DNA of 64,000 nt from Sminthopsis crassicaudata (taxonomy: Eukaryota): assembly GCF_048593235.1 (NCBI RefSeq), contig NC_133618.1, positions 930,001-994,000 of the forward strand, read 5' to 3'. The position numbers and the translations under genes are program-made. The notes under the pieces were generated by a model. The model did no database searches. It was given only the letters and a program-made list of their open reading frames with translations, and had not been told where the DNA came from. Positions 10,374 to 26,737 of this stretch are shown piece after piece (within the stretch, counting starts at the first letter, position 1; each line of letters opens with the position of its first letter).

Positions 10374-13300
10374 ATGTTGGCTGTGTACTTTGACCAACCC
10401 GGGGACCCCAGCAACCTGTACCTGAAAGAGGTGGCCAAGCCTGAACCTGGACCAGGAGAAGTGCTTCTGAAGGTGGCTGCCAGTGCCCTGAACAGGGCAG
10501 ACGTGCTGCAGGTAGGATGCCGCCCAGCCCGGGACACAGACTACTGCTTTGGTTCTCACACTTCCTAATCCGTGCTCACCTTGCAAGGTGGGAGGTTCCT
10601 GAGAGAGGAGGGACTTGGGCAGGGTCCCAAGGGGCAGGGCTTTGAAGGGTCCCATCCTAAGGGGGCCAAATCGAGCCCTCTTTCCCCGGCATCCCCAGCC
10701 GGGATAGCTGATCAGGGCCTCTTGCCCACCTTCCCATCAGACTCACTTAGGGCCTACCTGTAAAATGAAAGGCTTGGACTCAGCTGGTACTTTGAGAGGT
10801 CGCTGTCATTTCTGGTCTCTTCTCTGACTTGGTCCCTCTCTCCACAGCGCCGTGGCCTGTACCGCCCCCCTGAGGGAGCCAGCAGCATCCTGGGCCTGGA
10901 GGTGTCTGGTCACGTGGCCAAAATCGGTCCGAGCTGTCAGGGGCCGTGGAAAGAAGGACAACCGGCGATGGCTCTGCTTGCGGGGGGAGGCCAGGCGGAG
11001 TACGCCGTGGTCCCTGAAGGTTACCTCATGCCTATTCCCAAGGGCCTGACTCTCACCCAGGCAGCCGCCATACCCGAGGCCTGGCTCACGGCCTTCCAGT
11101 TGCTCCATCTCATAGGTGAGGAAGTAAGCTTGGATTTCTCCATCTGCTTCTCATGTGTCTGGGGCCTGAGCTCTGGGTCCCTACAAACTGTGAGCCTCCT
11201 CCCCACCCCATTCCCAAGCCTTTGTGGTGAACCTCTCACAGGCTGAGCTGTTTGTGGGGCTAAAATTGTGAGTGGCTCCTGAAAAGGAGGGCTGGGCTAG
11301 AGTGGACTTCCTGAGGCAGGAGCACCCTCTCCAGAGCAGCCCGGGATATCTGGGCCAGGACCGAGATGCTGCAGGTCAGGGTTGGGCCTCCCGGGGGCAC
11401 CGCTGAGGATGGCTCAGGGTAGAGAGGGGAAGGAGGAAGGGCTGAGGGAGTTTCCTGGAGGAGATGGGACCAGAATTTGGAGGGCATACAATGGCTAAGG
11501 GAGCACAAAGCCAGGGAGGAGCCTCATCTGACCAGCCTAGAGGACGACTCATGCTGGGGAGTCATATGTTGGGAGTGGAGGAGCCTCATCTGACCAGTCT
11601 AGAGGACGACTCATGCTGGGGAGTCATATGTTGGGAGTGGGGATGAAACACAACAGGATGAAAGGGCTGTGAAGGGCCTCCCCCAGGGGATGTCACTGCT
11701 AGTTGGAATGGAGCGGCTCAGTCTCTTGTCTGTCATCGCTCACCCTCCCTCCCTGCATCCCCCTCCTCAGACAGCTTTAACAAGCCTCAGCCAATTCTGC
11801 TTTTGGCCGCCTTTGCTTCCCTCGGCGCCTCCCACTCATCCCAGGCTCCAGCACCATCATGTTGGGCTCTTAAATAAATCTCATTGAGAGCTCCACACCC
11901 CAGTGTTGCCCGTGACCTTCCAGGCATCCCACCCATCATGCAGTGAGGCTCTGCTGGCCAGCGCAGGAGGCGAGGGCGTGGCTCTGAGGGGCTAGGTCTC
12001 TGCACCTGCTGCTTTCTCCCTCCTCCCTCCTTTTAAAAACCAGATTTGCAAGTTCTGGGGCAAATTCGTGCTTCTCCCACTAGAGGGAGCCCTCTAGGTT
12101 AGCTCCTGGCCTGGAAATGCAGTGCCCTCTTCAGCCACCAGCTTGACGAGTTGTTTTCTTTTCTTCCAAGTCACTGCCTTCAATGCGTAACAATAATGCA
12201 AAATCACTTGTACCCCTCCTCCCACGGGGGCGTCCCTCCTTGTTAGCTTTCCTGTAGTGCTGGGGCCCCCTTGGTGCCCACACTAATCACCAGAAATAGG
12301 ACATCTCTTTTGCCAGCTTTTTTTATTTTCTATTTTAATGTGATGACTCGGATCCATGCCCTAGGAACACCAGATCTCTTTGGGGATTGCCCAGGATTAG
12401 CTGGAGATAGTGCGGAGGCTAGAGCACTGGCTCTGGAGTCAGGAAAACCCGAGTTCAAATCCATTTTCAGACATTTCCTGACTGTGTGGCCCTGGACAAG
12501 TCAATGGCTATCATCAGAGCTTCCCTTTTATTGGTGGGACAGCATGTATCTAAATGAGAGAGGCTCCCTATTTTTTTAATGAAGTCCCCACCTCGTTTCC
12601 CCAAGACTCTTGACTCTGCCAGAACAAATGAGGGGTGAGACGATGAAGAAGAGGCACTGAAGGAGAGGTCAGGGGGTAGCAGCGGGGACCCCAGTGCTAC
12701 CTTGGGGATGCAAGCAGTGTGTGTGGGGGCCTGATGGGATCTGCTCCCCGGGTTCTGTGTTCCATTCCAGGCCAAGTGAAGGCTGGGGAGACTGTGCTGA
12801 TACACGCGGGATCCAGTGGCGTGGGCACAGCCGCCGTGCAGCTGGCCCGCCTGGCTGGCGCCATTCCTTTGATCACTGCTGGGGCCCAGGACAAAATTGA
12901 GGCAGTGAAAAAGCTCGGGGCTGCTGCGGGCTTCAACTACAAGGAAGAGGATTTTTCAGCTGCAACACTGGAGTTTACTAAAGGTAAGAAGCTGCTCCCC
13001 TTGCACCAGCCGCCGCCTGGGGCCGAGCATCCTTTCAGCCAGCAGCTTCGTCCCGGGTCAGGATGATCACTCTGTGACTCCCCTCCAGGTGCCGGAGCCA
13101 ATGTCATTCTGGACTGTGTCGGCGGGTCCTACTGGGAGAAGAACGTGGCTTGCCTGGCCCAGGATGGCCGATGGGTGCTGTACGGCCTGCTTGGCGGGGC
13201 CGAGGTCCACGGGGAGCTGCTCTCCAAGCTCCTGGCTAAGCGAGGGAACCTCTTCACGAGTCTGCTGAGAACCCGGGACAAGAAGGCAAGGCCCCCGCTC

Positions 13301-14060
13301 TGGCCACCCACTGGGCCCTCCAGAAGAGACCTGGGCTGGGCAAGAGAGGCTTTTTGAGGCTGGGGAGGGGCCCAGGGCTTGTGTTCTCAGAGGCTGTTTT
13401 ATGCACCCCCCCCCCCAAGCTCTGGCCACCCTGTTATAGTTAAGGGTCAGGGATTTGTAGGGAGCTGAGGTGCAAGTGCAGGGGTCCAGAGGGAGCTGAC
13501 TTGGGTCAGTGGTGTGTCCTGGGACTTGGAGGGCTTGTGGTCTGTAGGGATCCTCGCAGAGCCAGTGGTACCAACCTGGCTGGGGGAGGGGGGTGCTTTG
13601 TGGGAAGGCAGGGGGATAAAGCGGGCAGAGGCTTGCAGTGCCACGGAACCCGGGCAAGGTGCCCATTGGCATTTGAAGTTGGTGCTTTTAAAGGTTTTCT
13701 CTTGTCTCCAGTCCACCTGGGGAATGGAGCATGGTGATGGCCTGCGGTGCCCTGGTGATCTGGAGCCGTGGGGGCCTGGCTCTAGGTCACCGGGGTCTCA
13801 CAAGGGGTTTGGCCAATGGGGAAGCCACAAAACGGAGGCCTCAAGTAACACCACATTTCGTGGTTTTTGCCCCTCAGTACAAAGCAGAGCTGGTGTCCGC
13901 CTTCACCCAGCAAATCCTGCCTCACTTTGCCCAGGACGAGCCCGGGGCACTGAGGCCTGTAGTGGACAGCGTCTACCCCCTGAAGCAGGTGGCAGAGGCC
14001 CACGAGTACATGGAGCAGAATAAGAACCTGGGCAAGATAGTCCTGGAGGTGGCACAATAA
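10374..14060 (+). CDS. TP53I3: Quinone oxidoreductase PIG3, join(10374..10511,10848..11115,12771..12983,13089..13285,13878..14060), 332 aa; intron 4 is GC-AG
   Basis: Exons of 138+268+213+197+183 = 999 nt form an open frame. [10 protein letters not shown]...[33 protein letters not shown] nucleotide-binding motif, GKIVLEV C-terminus. Tyr51, Thr127 and Ser151 are at the positions I recall for human PIG3. Confidence 0.95.
11516..11639. repeat. 62-bp tandem duplication in TP53I3 intron 2
   Basis: GAGCCTCATCTGACCAG(C/T)CTAGAGGACGACTCATGCTGGGGAGTCATATGTTGGGAGTG occurs twice with one mismatch. Confidence 0.9.
12400..12530 (+). mobile_element. Older CORE-SINE (MIR/MAR1-like)
   Basis: CTAGAGCACTGGCTCTGGAGTCAGGAAAACCCGAGTTCAAATCC...CTGTGTGGCCCTGGACAAGTCA, a tRNA-derived head plus CORE. 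Confidence 0.65.
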
Positions 14061-14254
14061 ACCATTCTGCTCCCTAAAACAGGCTGGCCAGTTCTTTCCC
14101 CCCAAAAGCTTCCCAAGCAGAGAGTGGGGTGCATGCTGCTACTCTTGTGGAGGGCAAAGCCAGGACTGCAGGGGGGAGGGGAAGGGGAGGGCTGGGGTCC
14201 CCCAGTGTACCCAAGGGGAAGGAAAGCGGGGCAGGAATAATTCCAGTCTATGGT

Positions 14255-15530
14255 GGGGAGGGAAGAGGAGGTATCAGGGATCCTTCCAGTGTAGGGGAGG
14301 GGAGCAGAGGAAGAGGGAGGGCCAGGGATCCTTTCAGTGTACCTGGGGGGGGGAAAGAGGGAGGATCAGGGGTCCTTTCAGTGTACCTGGGGGGGGGAGA
14401 GGGAGGGCCAGGGGTCCTTTCAGTGTACCTGGGGGGGGGGAGAGGGAGGATCAGGGGTCCTTTCAGTGTACCTGGGGGGGGAGAGGGAGGGTCAGGTGTC
14501 CTTTCAGTGTACCTGGGGGGGGAAGAGGGAGGATCAGGGGTCCTTTCAGTGTACCTGGGGGGGGGGAGAGGGAAGATCAGGGGTCCTTTCAGTGTACCTG
14601 GGGGGGGAAGAGGGAGGATCAGGGGTCCTTTCAGTGTACCTGGGGGGGGGAAGAGGGAGGATCAGGGGTCCTTTCAGTGTACCTGGGGGGGGAAGAGGGA
14701 GGATCAGGGGTCCTTTCAGTGTACCTGGGGGGGGGAGAGGGAGGATCAGGGGTCCTTTCAGTGTACCTGGGGGGGGGGGAGAGGGAAGATCAGGGGTCCT
14801 TTCAGTGTACCTGGGGGGGGGAGAGGGAGGATCAGGGGTCCTTTCAGTGTACCGGGGGGGGGAGAGGGAAGATCAGGGGTCCTTTCAGTGTACCTGGGGG
14901 GGGGAGAGGGAGGATCAGGGGTCCTTTCAGTGTACCTGGGGGGGGAAGAGGGAGGATCAGGGGTCCTTTCGGTGTACCTGGGGGGGGAAGAGGGAGGATC
15001 AGGGGTCCTTTCGGTGTACCTGGGGGGGGGAAGAGGGAGGGTCAGGGATCCTTTCAGTGTCCTTGGGGGGGGGAGAGGGAGGATCAGGGGTCCTTTCAGT
15101 GTACCTGGGGGGGGAGAGAGGGAGGATCAGGGGTCCTTTCAGTGTACCTGGGGGGGGGGAAGAGGGAGGGTCAGGGATCCTTTCAGGGTACCTGGGGGGG
15201 GAAGAGGGAGGATCAGGGGTCCTTTCAGTGTACCTGGGGGCGGGAGAGGGAGGGTCAGGGGTCCTTTCAGTGTCCTTGGGGGGGGGGAGAGGGAGGATCA
15301 GGGGTCCTTTCAGTGTACCTGGGGGGGGGGAGAGGGAGGGTCAGGGATCTTTCCAGTGTAGGGGGGGGAGAGGGAGGGTCAGGGGTCCTTTCAGTGTACC
15401 TGGGGGGGGGAGAGGGAGGGTCAGGGATCTTTCCAGTGTAGGGGGGGGAGAGGGAGGGTCAGGGGTCCTTTCAGTGTACCTGGGGGGGGGAAGAGGGAGG
15501 GTCAGGGGTCCTTTCGGTGTACCTGGGGGG
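14255..15530. repeat. G-rich minisatellite, about 41-44 nt unit GGGGTCCTTTCAGTGTACCTG(G)nAGAGGGAGGATCA, roughly 30 copies
   Basis: Unit visible directly. Variation is mainly in G-run length and GGATCA/GGGTCA. The long ORFs here are repeat artefacts. Confidence 0.95.
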
Positions 15531-15799
15531 AGGGGCGCCTTCCATCGTTCCTGGAAGTACTTTTTGGTAGCAGGGCCCCTCCCGTGACAAGGGTTTCTTG
15601 TCATAGTGGGAGGTGGTGGCTCTTGTGCCTCCCCCGCGGGCAAGGCCAGCATCTGGGGGGCGGATCTGGGGCTCTGGTTCCCAGGACACTTGGCCCCGGG
15701 GGCTTCATTTCCAGTGGGGGCCGGCCAGAGAGCCGCTCAGTGGATACAAAGTGACACAAAGAGATGGAAGGAGATACAAAGTAATCTCTGCTGGGGGGC

Positions 15800-16254
15800 G
15801 GGGGGGCCTCTCCCATCCGGGCACTTCCGGGCCCAGGGCAGGTCTTCCCCCTGTGCCAGCCGCCCCTGCCCGGCTCCCTCCTGGGGGGGGGGGAGGGGTC
15901 ACCGTGGTCCCCAGTGTCTCCCGCAGCGCATTCCTCCAGGCCCCGCCCAAGTTAGCCTTTCCCCGCCTCCGGCCCTAGCACTGCCGGCTCGCCGCACCCA
16001 CAGCGCAGCCACGCCTTCAGGCCCTCCCCGCCACCGTCCCGGAAGAGCGGCCGGCGCCGTGCGGAGGCGGGACTTCCGGCGACTTTTGTGCTTCCGGAAG
16101 CCGAGCCGGAAGTTCTGTTAGATCTCGGCGCGTCCGCCTCGAGGAAGAAAAAGAAGCCGGATAAAGCGGACCCGGATCCCGGTCCCCGGTCCCCGGCTCT
16201 GACGAACCCCGACCCCGCTCCCGGCTCCGGCCCCAGCGCATCCCGACCGTCGCC
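15800..16254 (+). promoter_or_regulatory. SF3B6 CpG-island promoter with clustered ETS/GABP motifs
   Basis: CACTTCCGG (about 15823), CCGGAAG (about 16039), ACTTCCGG (about 16072), CTTCCGGAAG and CCGGAAGT (16091-16113). YY1-type CGCCATGGCG spans the ATG. Confidence 0.75.
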
Positions 16255-17039
16255 ATGGCGATGCAAGCGGCCAAACGCGCGAACGTGAGTGCGCCCCTCC
16301 CCCTCCCGCGTTGGGCTTCCAGGCCCCGCGCCGGGCGGTCGCTGAGCGCTAGCTCTGTCTCCCCTCCCCCAGATCCGGCTCCCGCCCGAGGTGAACCGCA
16401 TCCTCTACATCCGCAACCTTCCCTACAAGATCACGGCCGAGGAGATGTATGACATCTTCGGCAAGTACGGGCCCATCCGCCAGATCCGCGTGTGAGTGTC
16501 CTCCCGCCCCGGGGGGCGCGGAGGGAGGGGCCCCGGGGGCGGGGCTGCGGGCCTTCTGGTTCTGATCCGGTGGGATGGGGCGCTTCTCTGGCCAGGGAAG
16601 GGGAGGGGAAGAGAGGAGAGGGCGGGGCTGGGCGGGGCTGGGAGTTCACCTGGAGGAGGGGGGCTGCTCCATGCTTGTCTCTCCTCCTCCCCCAGCGGGA
16701 ACACCCCGGAAACCCGAGGCACGGCCTACGTGGTCTATGAGGACATCTTTGACGCCAAGAACGCCTGCGACCACCTGTCCGGCTTCAACGTGTGCAACCG
16801 CTACCTCGTGGTGCTCTACTACAATGCCAACCGGGTCTGTGCTCCGCGCTGCTGCTGGGAGGAGGGAAGGGGGAGCGCACCCGGGCTGGAGGGAGGGGGA
16901 GGGCACACCTAGGGTGCTCAGGGGGGGCTCACACCCCGTGTTTTTGCAGGCTTTCCAGAAGATGGACACGAAGAAGAAGGAGGAGCAGCTGAAGCTGCTG
17001 AAGGAGAAATACGGCATCAACACGGACCCCCCCAAGTGA
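16255..17039 (+). CDS. SF3B6: Splicing factor 3B subunit 6 (p14), join(16255..16284,16373..16491,16696..16834,16950..17039), 125 aa
   Basis: Exons of 30+119+139+90 = 378 nt, all [47 protein letters not shown]...[24 protein letters not shown]...[10 protein letters not shown], an RRM protein matching the human sequence as I recall it. Confidence 0.98.
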
Positions 17040-17267
17040 GGGTCCTGCGGCTTGGGCGGTTCATCTCCCTCGGCCCTCACAGCCTCCATGGCATAGGAAA
17101 CTTTGGCTTTTGACTCTTCTATCCCCCCACCCGGCCCGGTGGCTCTCCTTTGGACACTTGGGGCCAGGGCTCAGTGAGTGGCCCCGCGGGACCTCTCGCA
17201 GAACATTCTCAGTCTGACGTCTGTTTCCCGAAGTTGCTCGTTGTTCCCGGGGTGCAGAAGGTTGGCA

Positions 17268-17273
17268 AATAAA
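17268..17273 (+). terminator. SF3B6 polyadenylation signal AATAAA
   Basis: About 230 nt after the stop, followed by GU-rich GGTGTGGGT. Confidence 0.75.
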
Positions 17274-18779
17274 GGTGTGGGTATGGCTCTGGGCAGTCTC
17301 CGCTGCTCATCTCTGCCCGTGGTCGCCAGTCCCCATGCCTTGACCTGAGCACCAGGCTGGGATGCCATGAGCCTCCCTGGGAGTTTGCTCCTCTGTGAAA
17401 TGGGGCGTTGCAGCATTGCTCATCTCATGCTCCTGGATTTGTTTGAACATCAGCCCCATGTGTGGGTCTTGCCTTGACCCCCCCCTTCCCTCATTAAGTG
17501 CCGCTTAGTGGATAGAGGGCTGGTTCTGGCAGCACTTGCCAATGGCTAGCGGCATTTGCCCCCAGTTCATGGGCAAAGGCATCTTCCAAAGGGTCCCTTA
17601 ACACAGTGCCACTCAGCAAGATGGGGCCGGATTCCCAGAAGGGGGGTCCCCTTAACTGAGCGATGGGCCAGCCCAGGGGCCAAGAGAGGCCTGGTCTCTA
17701 GCGGGGCACCAGGATCCTGGTTGTCACCCGGGTGGCCCAGGCCTGCCAAGCACAGGAAGTGAGTAGTCCTGTTTTGGATTCCAAGAACAAGGAAAGGGAA
17801 CTCAAGGGGGAAAATGGAGCAAACTGGGTGCAGAACCAGGACGCGGGAGGGCAACCTTGGAGGAGCTGAACTGCTGCTGCTCTGCCATGCCCGGGGCACT
17901 TTCTGATGGTTGCCCCCTAGCGACCTGAGCCGCCGAATGCAGTGGTTCCTTCTGACCGCTTTTCTTCCTGGAAGGACTTGGTAGATGGGAGGGGCTGTTT
18001 CTTTGTATCCCCGGCAGTTAATGTTGTACCTGAAAACGTAGGTGTCTAATAAATCCTCCAGAATCCAACACCCTCCGCGCCAGAGCTTCTTGAACTTTCC
18101 CACGCACCCTTCGTGCCGTGACCCGGGGACAGAGGCACAAACTTGCCCCCTGTGGGTCCTGAGGCAGGTTCTGGGGAGGGCCGGCCCGCTCCTGGCTCTG
18201 CCCCCTCGTCCCCCCAACCCGCCCTCCCTTCCGAATGGCTGCCCAGTCTAGGGGACGGGATCCGACGCTTGACTCCCTCCCCTCTATTTTCGGTTCTAGA
18301 ACGAGCTCTCCCAATGCCCGGGGCCCGCAGCAGAGGTTTAGCAAGAGCTTGGGGTCTGGAGGCCCGCGAACATTTGGTCCCAACCCCTGAGCGACCCCTG
18401 CTCTGCCAAGGACGGAGCCCCCCAGGATCTGCCTGCCGGCCGGCCCACAAAGCGGCGCCCTCCCGGGTTCCGCTCTTCTCGGTTCCCGAGCTTCGCAAAC
18501 CGCCCTGAGCAAACGCTGCGGCGGCGACAATTGTACTGCTCGGATGACGCCGATAACCGCGGCCACAAGCATTTATTAGGCGCCTCCTGTGGTGGGCCTT
18601 GGGAATTCGGGCCAAGAGCCTCGTGCGGCGCGGACAAACCCGAGGAATCGTGTCGGTGGCGGCCCTGATTTCGCTCCCTCCTGCCCCCACTCCATTTACA
18701 AGCTGCGAAACTAAGGCTGAGGAGATGGAGGCTCAGAAATAGGTCTTGCGAAGCTCGAACCTCTGAATCTTTCCTGCCC

Positions 18780-19085
18780 CAATTGCGCGTGCGCTCAGAA
18801 AAGAGGGCGACACCTCACGAGAAACTCCGCGCGCCACGTCTTGCGTCACTTCCGGGGAGACGCCAGGCAGCGGAAGTGTTTGCTGCTTGTGGGCACGAAA
18901 TCTGAGGTCGAAATCTCCCGTAGCCGGAGGTCACCCCGGCCCGCCAAGTGCGGGCACCTCGCCGGAGGGGCGTCTGGAGAGTTGCGGGAGTAAGCGGACG
19001 CAGACCCATTGGCGCCGACTGGTAAGTGAGACGATGCGTGGCGTCACTTCCGGGATCGGGGTGCTTTGCGTCGCTTCCGGCGTCT
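18780..19085 (+). promoter_or_regulatory. Orphan housekeeping-type promoter (NRF1-like site, two ETS-CRE composites, CCAAT, strong 5' splice site) not attached to an identified gene
   Basis: TGCGCGTGCGC 18784-18794; GCGTCACTTCCGGG at 18843-18856 and 19041-19054; GCGGAAGTG 18870-18878; CCAAT on the minus strand at about 19007-19012; CTG|GTAAGT donor at 19022. Confidence 0.55.
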
Positions 19086-20403
19086 TGGGGCGGAGCCTCG
19101 AGGAAAGCTCCGAGGCTGTGGCGGCTGTGGCTCCGGGTGTGCAATGCCACTCTCGGCCTTTGGCTTTTGGGCGCTGGGGGACGGCCCCGGAGAGAGGCGG
19201 GAGCTTCAGGCCTCTGCTTGCAGGCTCCCGGGTGGCAGCAGGCCTCGGCGCTCCCCTCTGTAAAGTGGGGCGTCAGGCTGGTCCGCGCGCAGACATGGAT
19301 TAAGCCCCTGCTGTATGCCGGCCCCGCTCTCCCCACTTTGCTGCCCCCGGGTGGGGCTCCCGGCCTCGTCCTGCAGCTCCCCCCAAGGATCTGGGGCCCC
19401 GGACTCGGCTCCGCCCCAGGCAGGCAAGGCCGGCCGGACCCGAGGGTCCTCCCCCCCGCTTTCCTGCCGTACTCCCCTCCCTCTCACGGGGCGCCCCCGC
19501 TCCCAACAGCCTCGCCTGGGCCGAGAGCTGAGTTTGAAAACCCCGGGCTTCCCGCCCCCTCCCCCACCAGGGGGGAGCGGCCGCGGTGTCAGCTTTAATC
19601 CACAAGGGGGCGGAGATGCCCGGGAAATGCAGGGACGGGAGGCGGCCGGTGTCCTCCGGGGGCAGGACCGGCCCGTACTGTGGCTGGACACGGGCTGAGC
19701 TCCTTACAAAGAGAACCGCACTTGACCCTCAGGAGCGGCATGGGAGAGGCGCGAGCGGATCCCGATTTCCGGGGGAGGGCGTGAGGGGCCGCGTGCCCCC
19801 GACCCGCCTCGGAGCTGGGCACCCCGGGACCCGATGCGAGGCCCTGGGCCGCCGGGCTGGCTGGCTCTTAGAAGAGGCCGCGCCGTGGTATGGGACCGTG
19901 TCCGGGCTCAGTGCCGAGCGGGGACTGAGAAAACGCGGCCTCCCCCGGGCCTGTGGGACCAAGTGCAGAGCGCTCTGGCCCTCGAGGCCTTCCTAGCCCC
20001 CCCACTCTGATCCCGGGATCCTGACGCCTTCCAGACCCTTCCAGACCCTTCCAGACCCTTCCAGGAACCAGACGCTCCGCTTGGGCCTGAGCCGCGGCTC
20101 CGCTGCCAGGCTGGATCACCCCCCTTCCTTTAAGTCCCAACTAAACCCCTGACCCTAAAGGGCGCGAAGCCCAGTCCGGCTTCATTGCAGGGCCTCAGTT
20201 CAGCGTTCCCCGGCCTGAATGTGGTTTTATGGGGCCCCTGGGGAAACTGTTGGGCGGGGGACTGTCCTCCCCCTCTGCGTGTGTCCAGCACTGAGGAAGT
20301 GCCAGGGGGTAGTAAACGTCTAGTGGCGGCCCCCCAACGGGCCCCCGCCCCCTCGCACCCCCCCTTCCCTTCCGAGTGGTGAGATCTGGCCACAGATAGA
20401 ACC

Positions 20404-20409
20404 TTTATT
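20404..20409 (-). terminator. FKBP1B polyadenylation signal AATAAA (minus strand)
   Basis: TTTATT on the plus strand, about 370 nt past the FKBP1B stop. Confidence 0.7.
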
Positions 20410-20779
20410 TTGCATACATCTTCGTTCCAGGTAGCAGCGAGGCCCAGGCAGGCTGGTGGGGGTGGGCGCCCGGCCTGCAGCTCCTGGGCTCAGTGGACAA
20501 GTAAGGCAGTGCAGACATTTTGCTTCATAAATAAGTGTGCCGGCGCGTGGGGGGGGCGGGCGGGGCACATGCAAGTGAGAGGAGGGGCCCTTTGAGAGCG
20601 TTCCTGACGGGGTCTCCTCAAAGCCAGGAAGCTTGTCAGCACAGAACCGGACACGCGCACATGCACACACACGGGCCTCCCCGGGATGAGAGCTTGCAAT
20701 GGGAAGCTGGGGGACCCCGGGAAGAAGGGGTGGTGTAGGAACGGCAGCAGCGGCGGCAGCTGGCCTCAGCCGGCCCGGC

Positions 20780-25818
<5,039 letters not shown>

Positions 25819-26737
25819 CAGGACCCTGTCCTCCCGCCGGGGTCCCGCCAGCGCCAGCCGCTGCCTCCGCCGCCGTCACCACAGCTGCTGCCGGCCGGCC
25901 TCCCGGACTCCGCCCCGGCCTCCCGCGTGGCCAATGCGCTGCTTCCCCCCGCCCGGAGCCCGGAGGGGCGGGGCCGGCACTCCCTCGGGCCCCACCTGGG
26001 GGGGACTCCTGGCAGCCCAGGGGAACGGCCAGGGCTGGGGGCGGGGCTGGGGAGGGAGCCCCCATCCCCCTCAGTCCCTGCGCTCTCCCCGGAGCCAGCC
26101 GCAGTTCCACAGGGCCGGGCTCAGGGACTTCCTCGCCAGCCCCGGGGGAGGGGGGGGGGAGCGCTCCGGCACAGCCAGACCGGGCAGAGGCTGCATTTAG
26201 AAGCTGGCGGGAGCCCGGCCCCTGGGGCCTATCCTCCGGGCTATTAAAGGAAAGGGGGGGGAGGGGCTGGCCCACAGCGCCCCCTGGGCTGAGCGGAGGA
26301 GGGTCCTGGGACCGGCTGGGCTCTGGCCCCCGGGAGCTCCCTTAGCTTCCTCTGCCTCAGTCTCCTCCCCTGGGAAATGGGAACCACAGACCTCCCCCGG
26401 GGTATTGTGGGAAGTACATAGGAGGTCCCTTCCTCTCCCCCTAGACCGGCAGCCCAAGGGCACAGCAAGGCGGAACCCACAGGCGTGCCTTAAAGCATTC
26501 CTAGGGCTGAGGGGTCCCATCAGCCAGTCATCACGTGTTAAAGGCCTCTCGTGGGCCGGCTCTGTGCGGCTGCTGGGGCTTCAACACTGCACGGCTCCGC
26601 CCTCACGGAGCTTCCCTGGAGCCGCAGCGTACAAATGCATGAAGTCAGTCTGGGTGCCAGAGGCGGCTCCACTAGGAAGCAGGTAAAGAGCAAGTACATT
26701 CTAGGCCTGGGGAACAGCCTGGGCAAAGGTGTGGAGA

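Noticed and set aside
14129-15587. 410-, 416- and 254-aa Gly-rich ORFs
   Set aside because: Translations of a stop-poor tandem repeat in several frames, with no splice or homology support.
17567-18217. Minus-strand ORF with an acceptor-like TTTTCAG|GT at about 18030
   Set aside because: The segment TCTTTGTATCCCC...GTAGGTGTCTAATAAAT is a typical L2 3' end on the plus strand; no coding homology was recognised.
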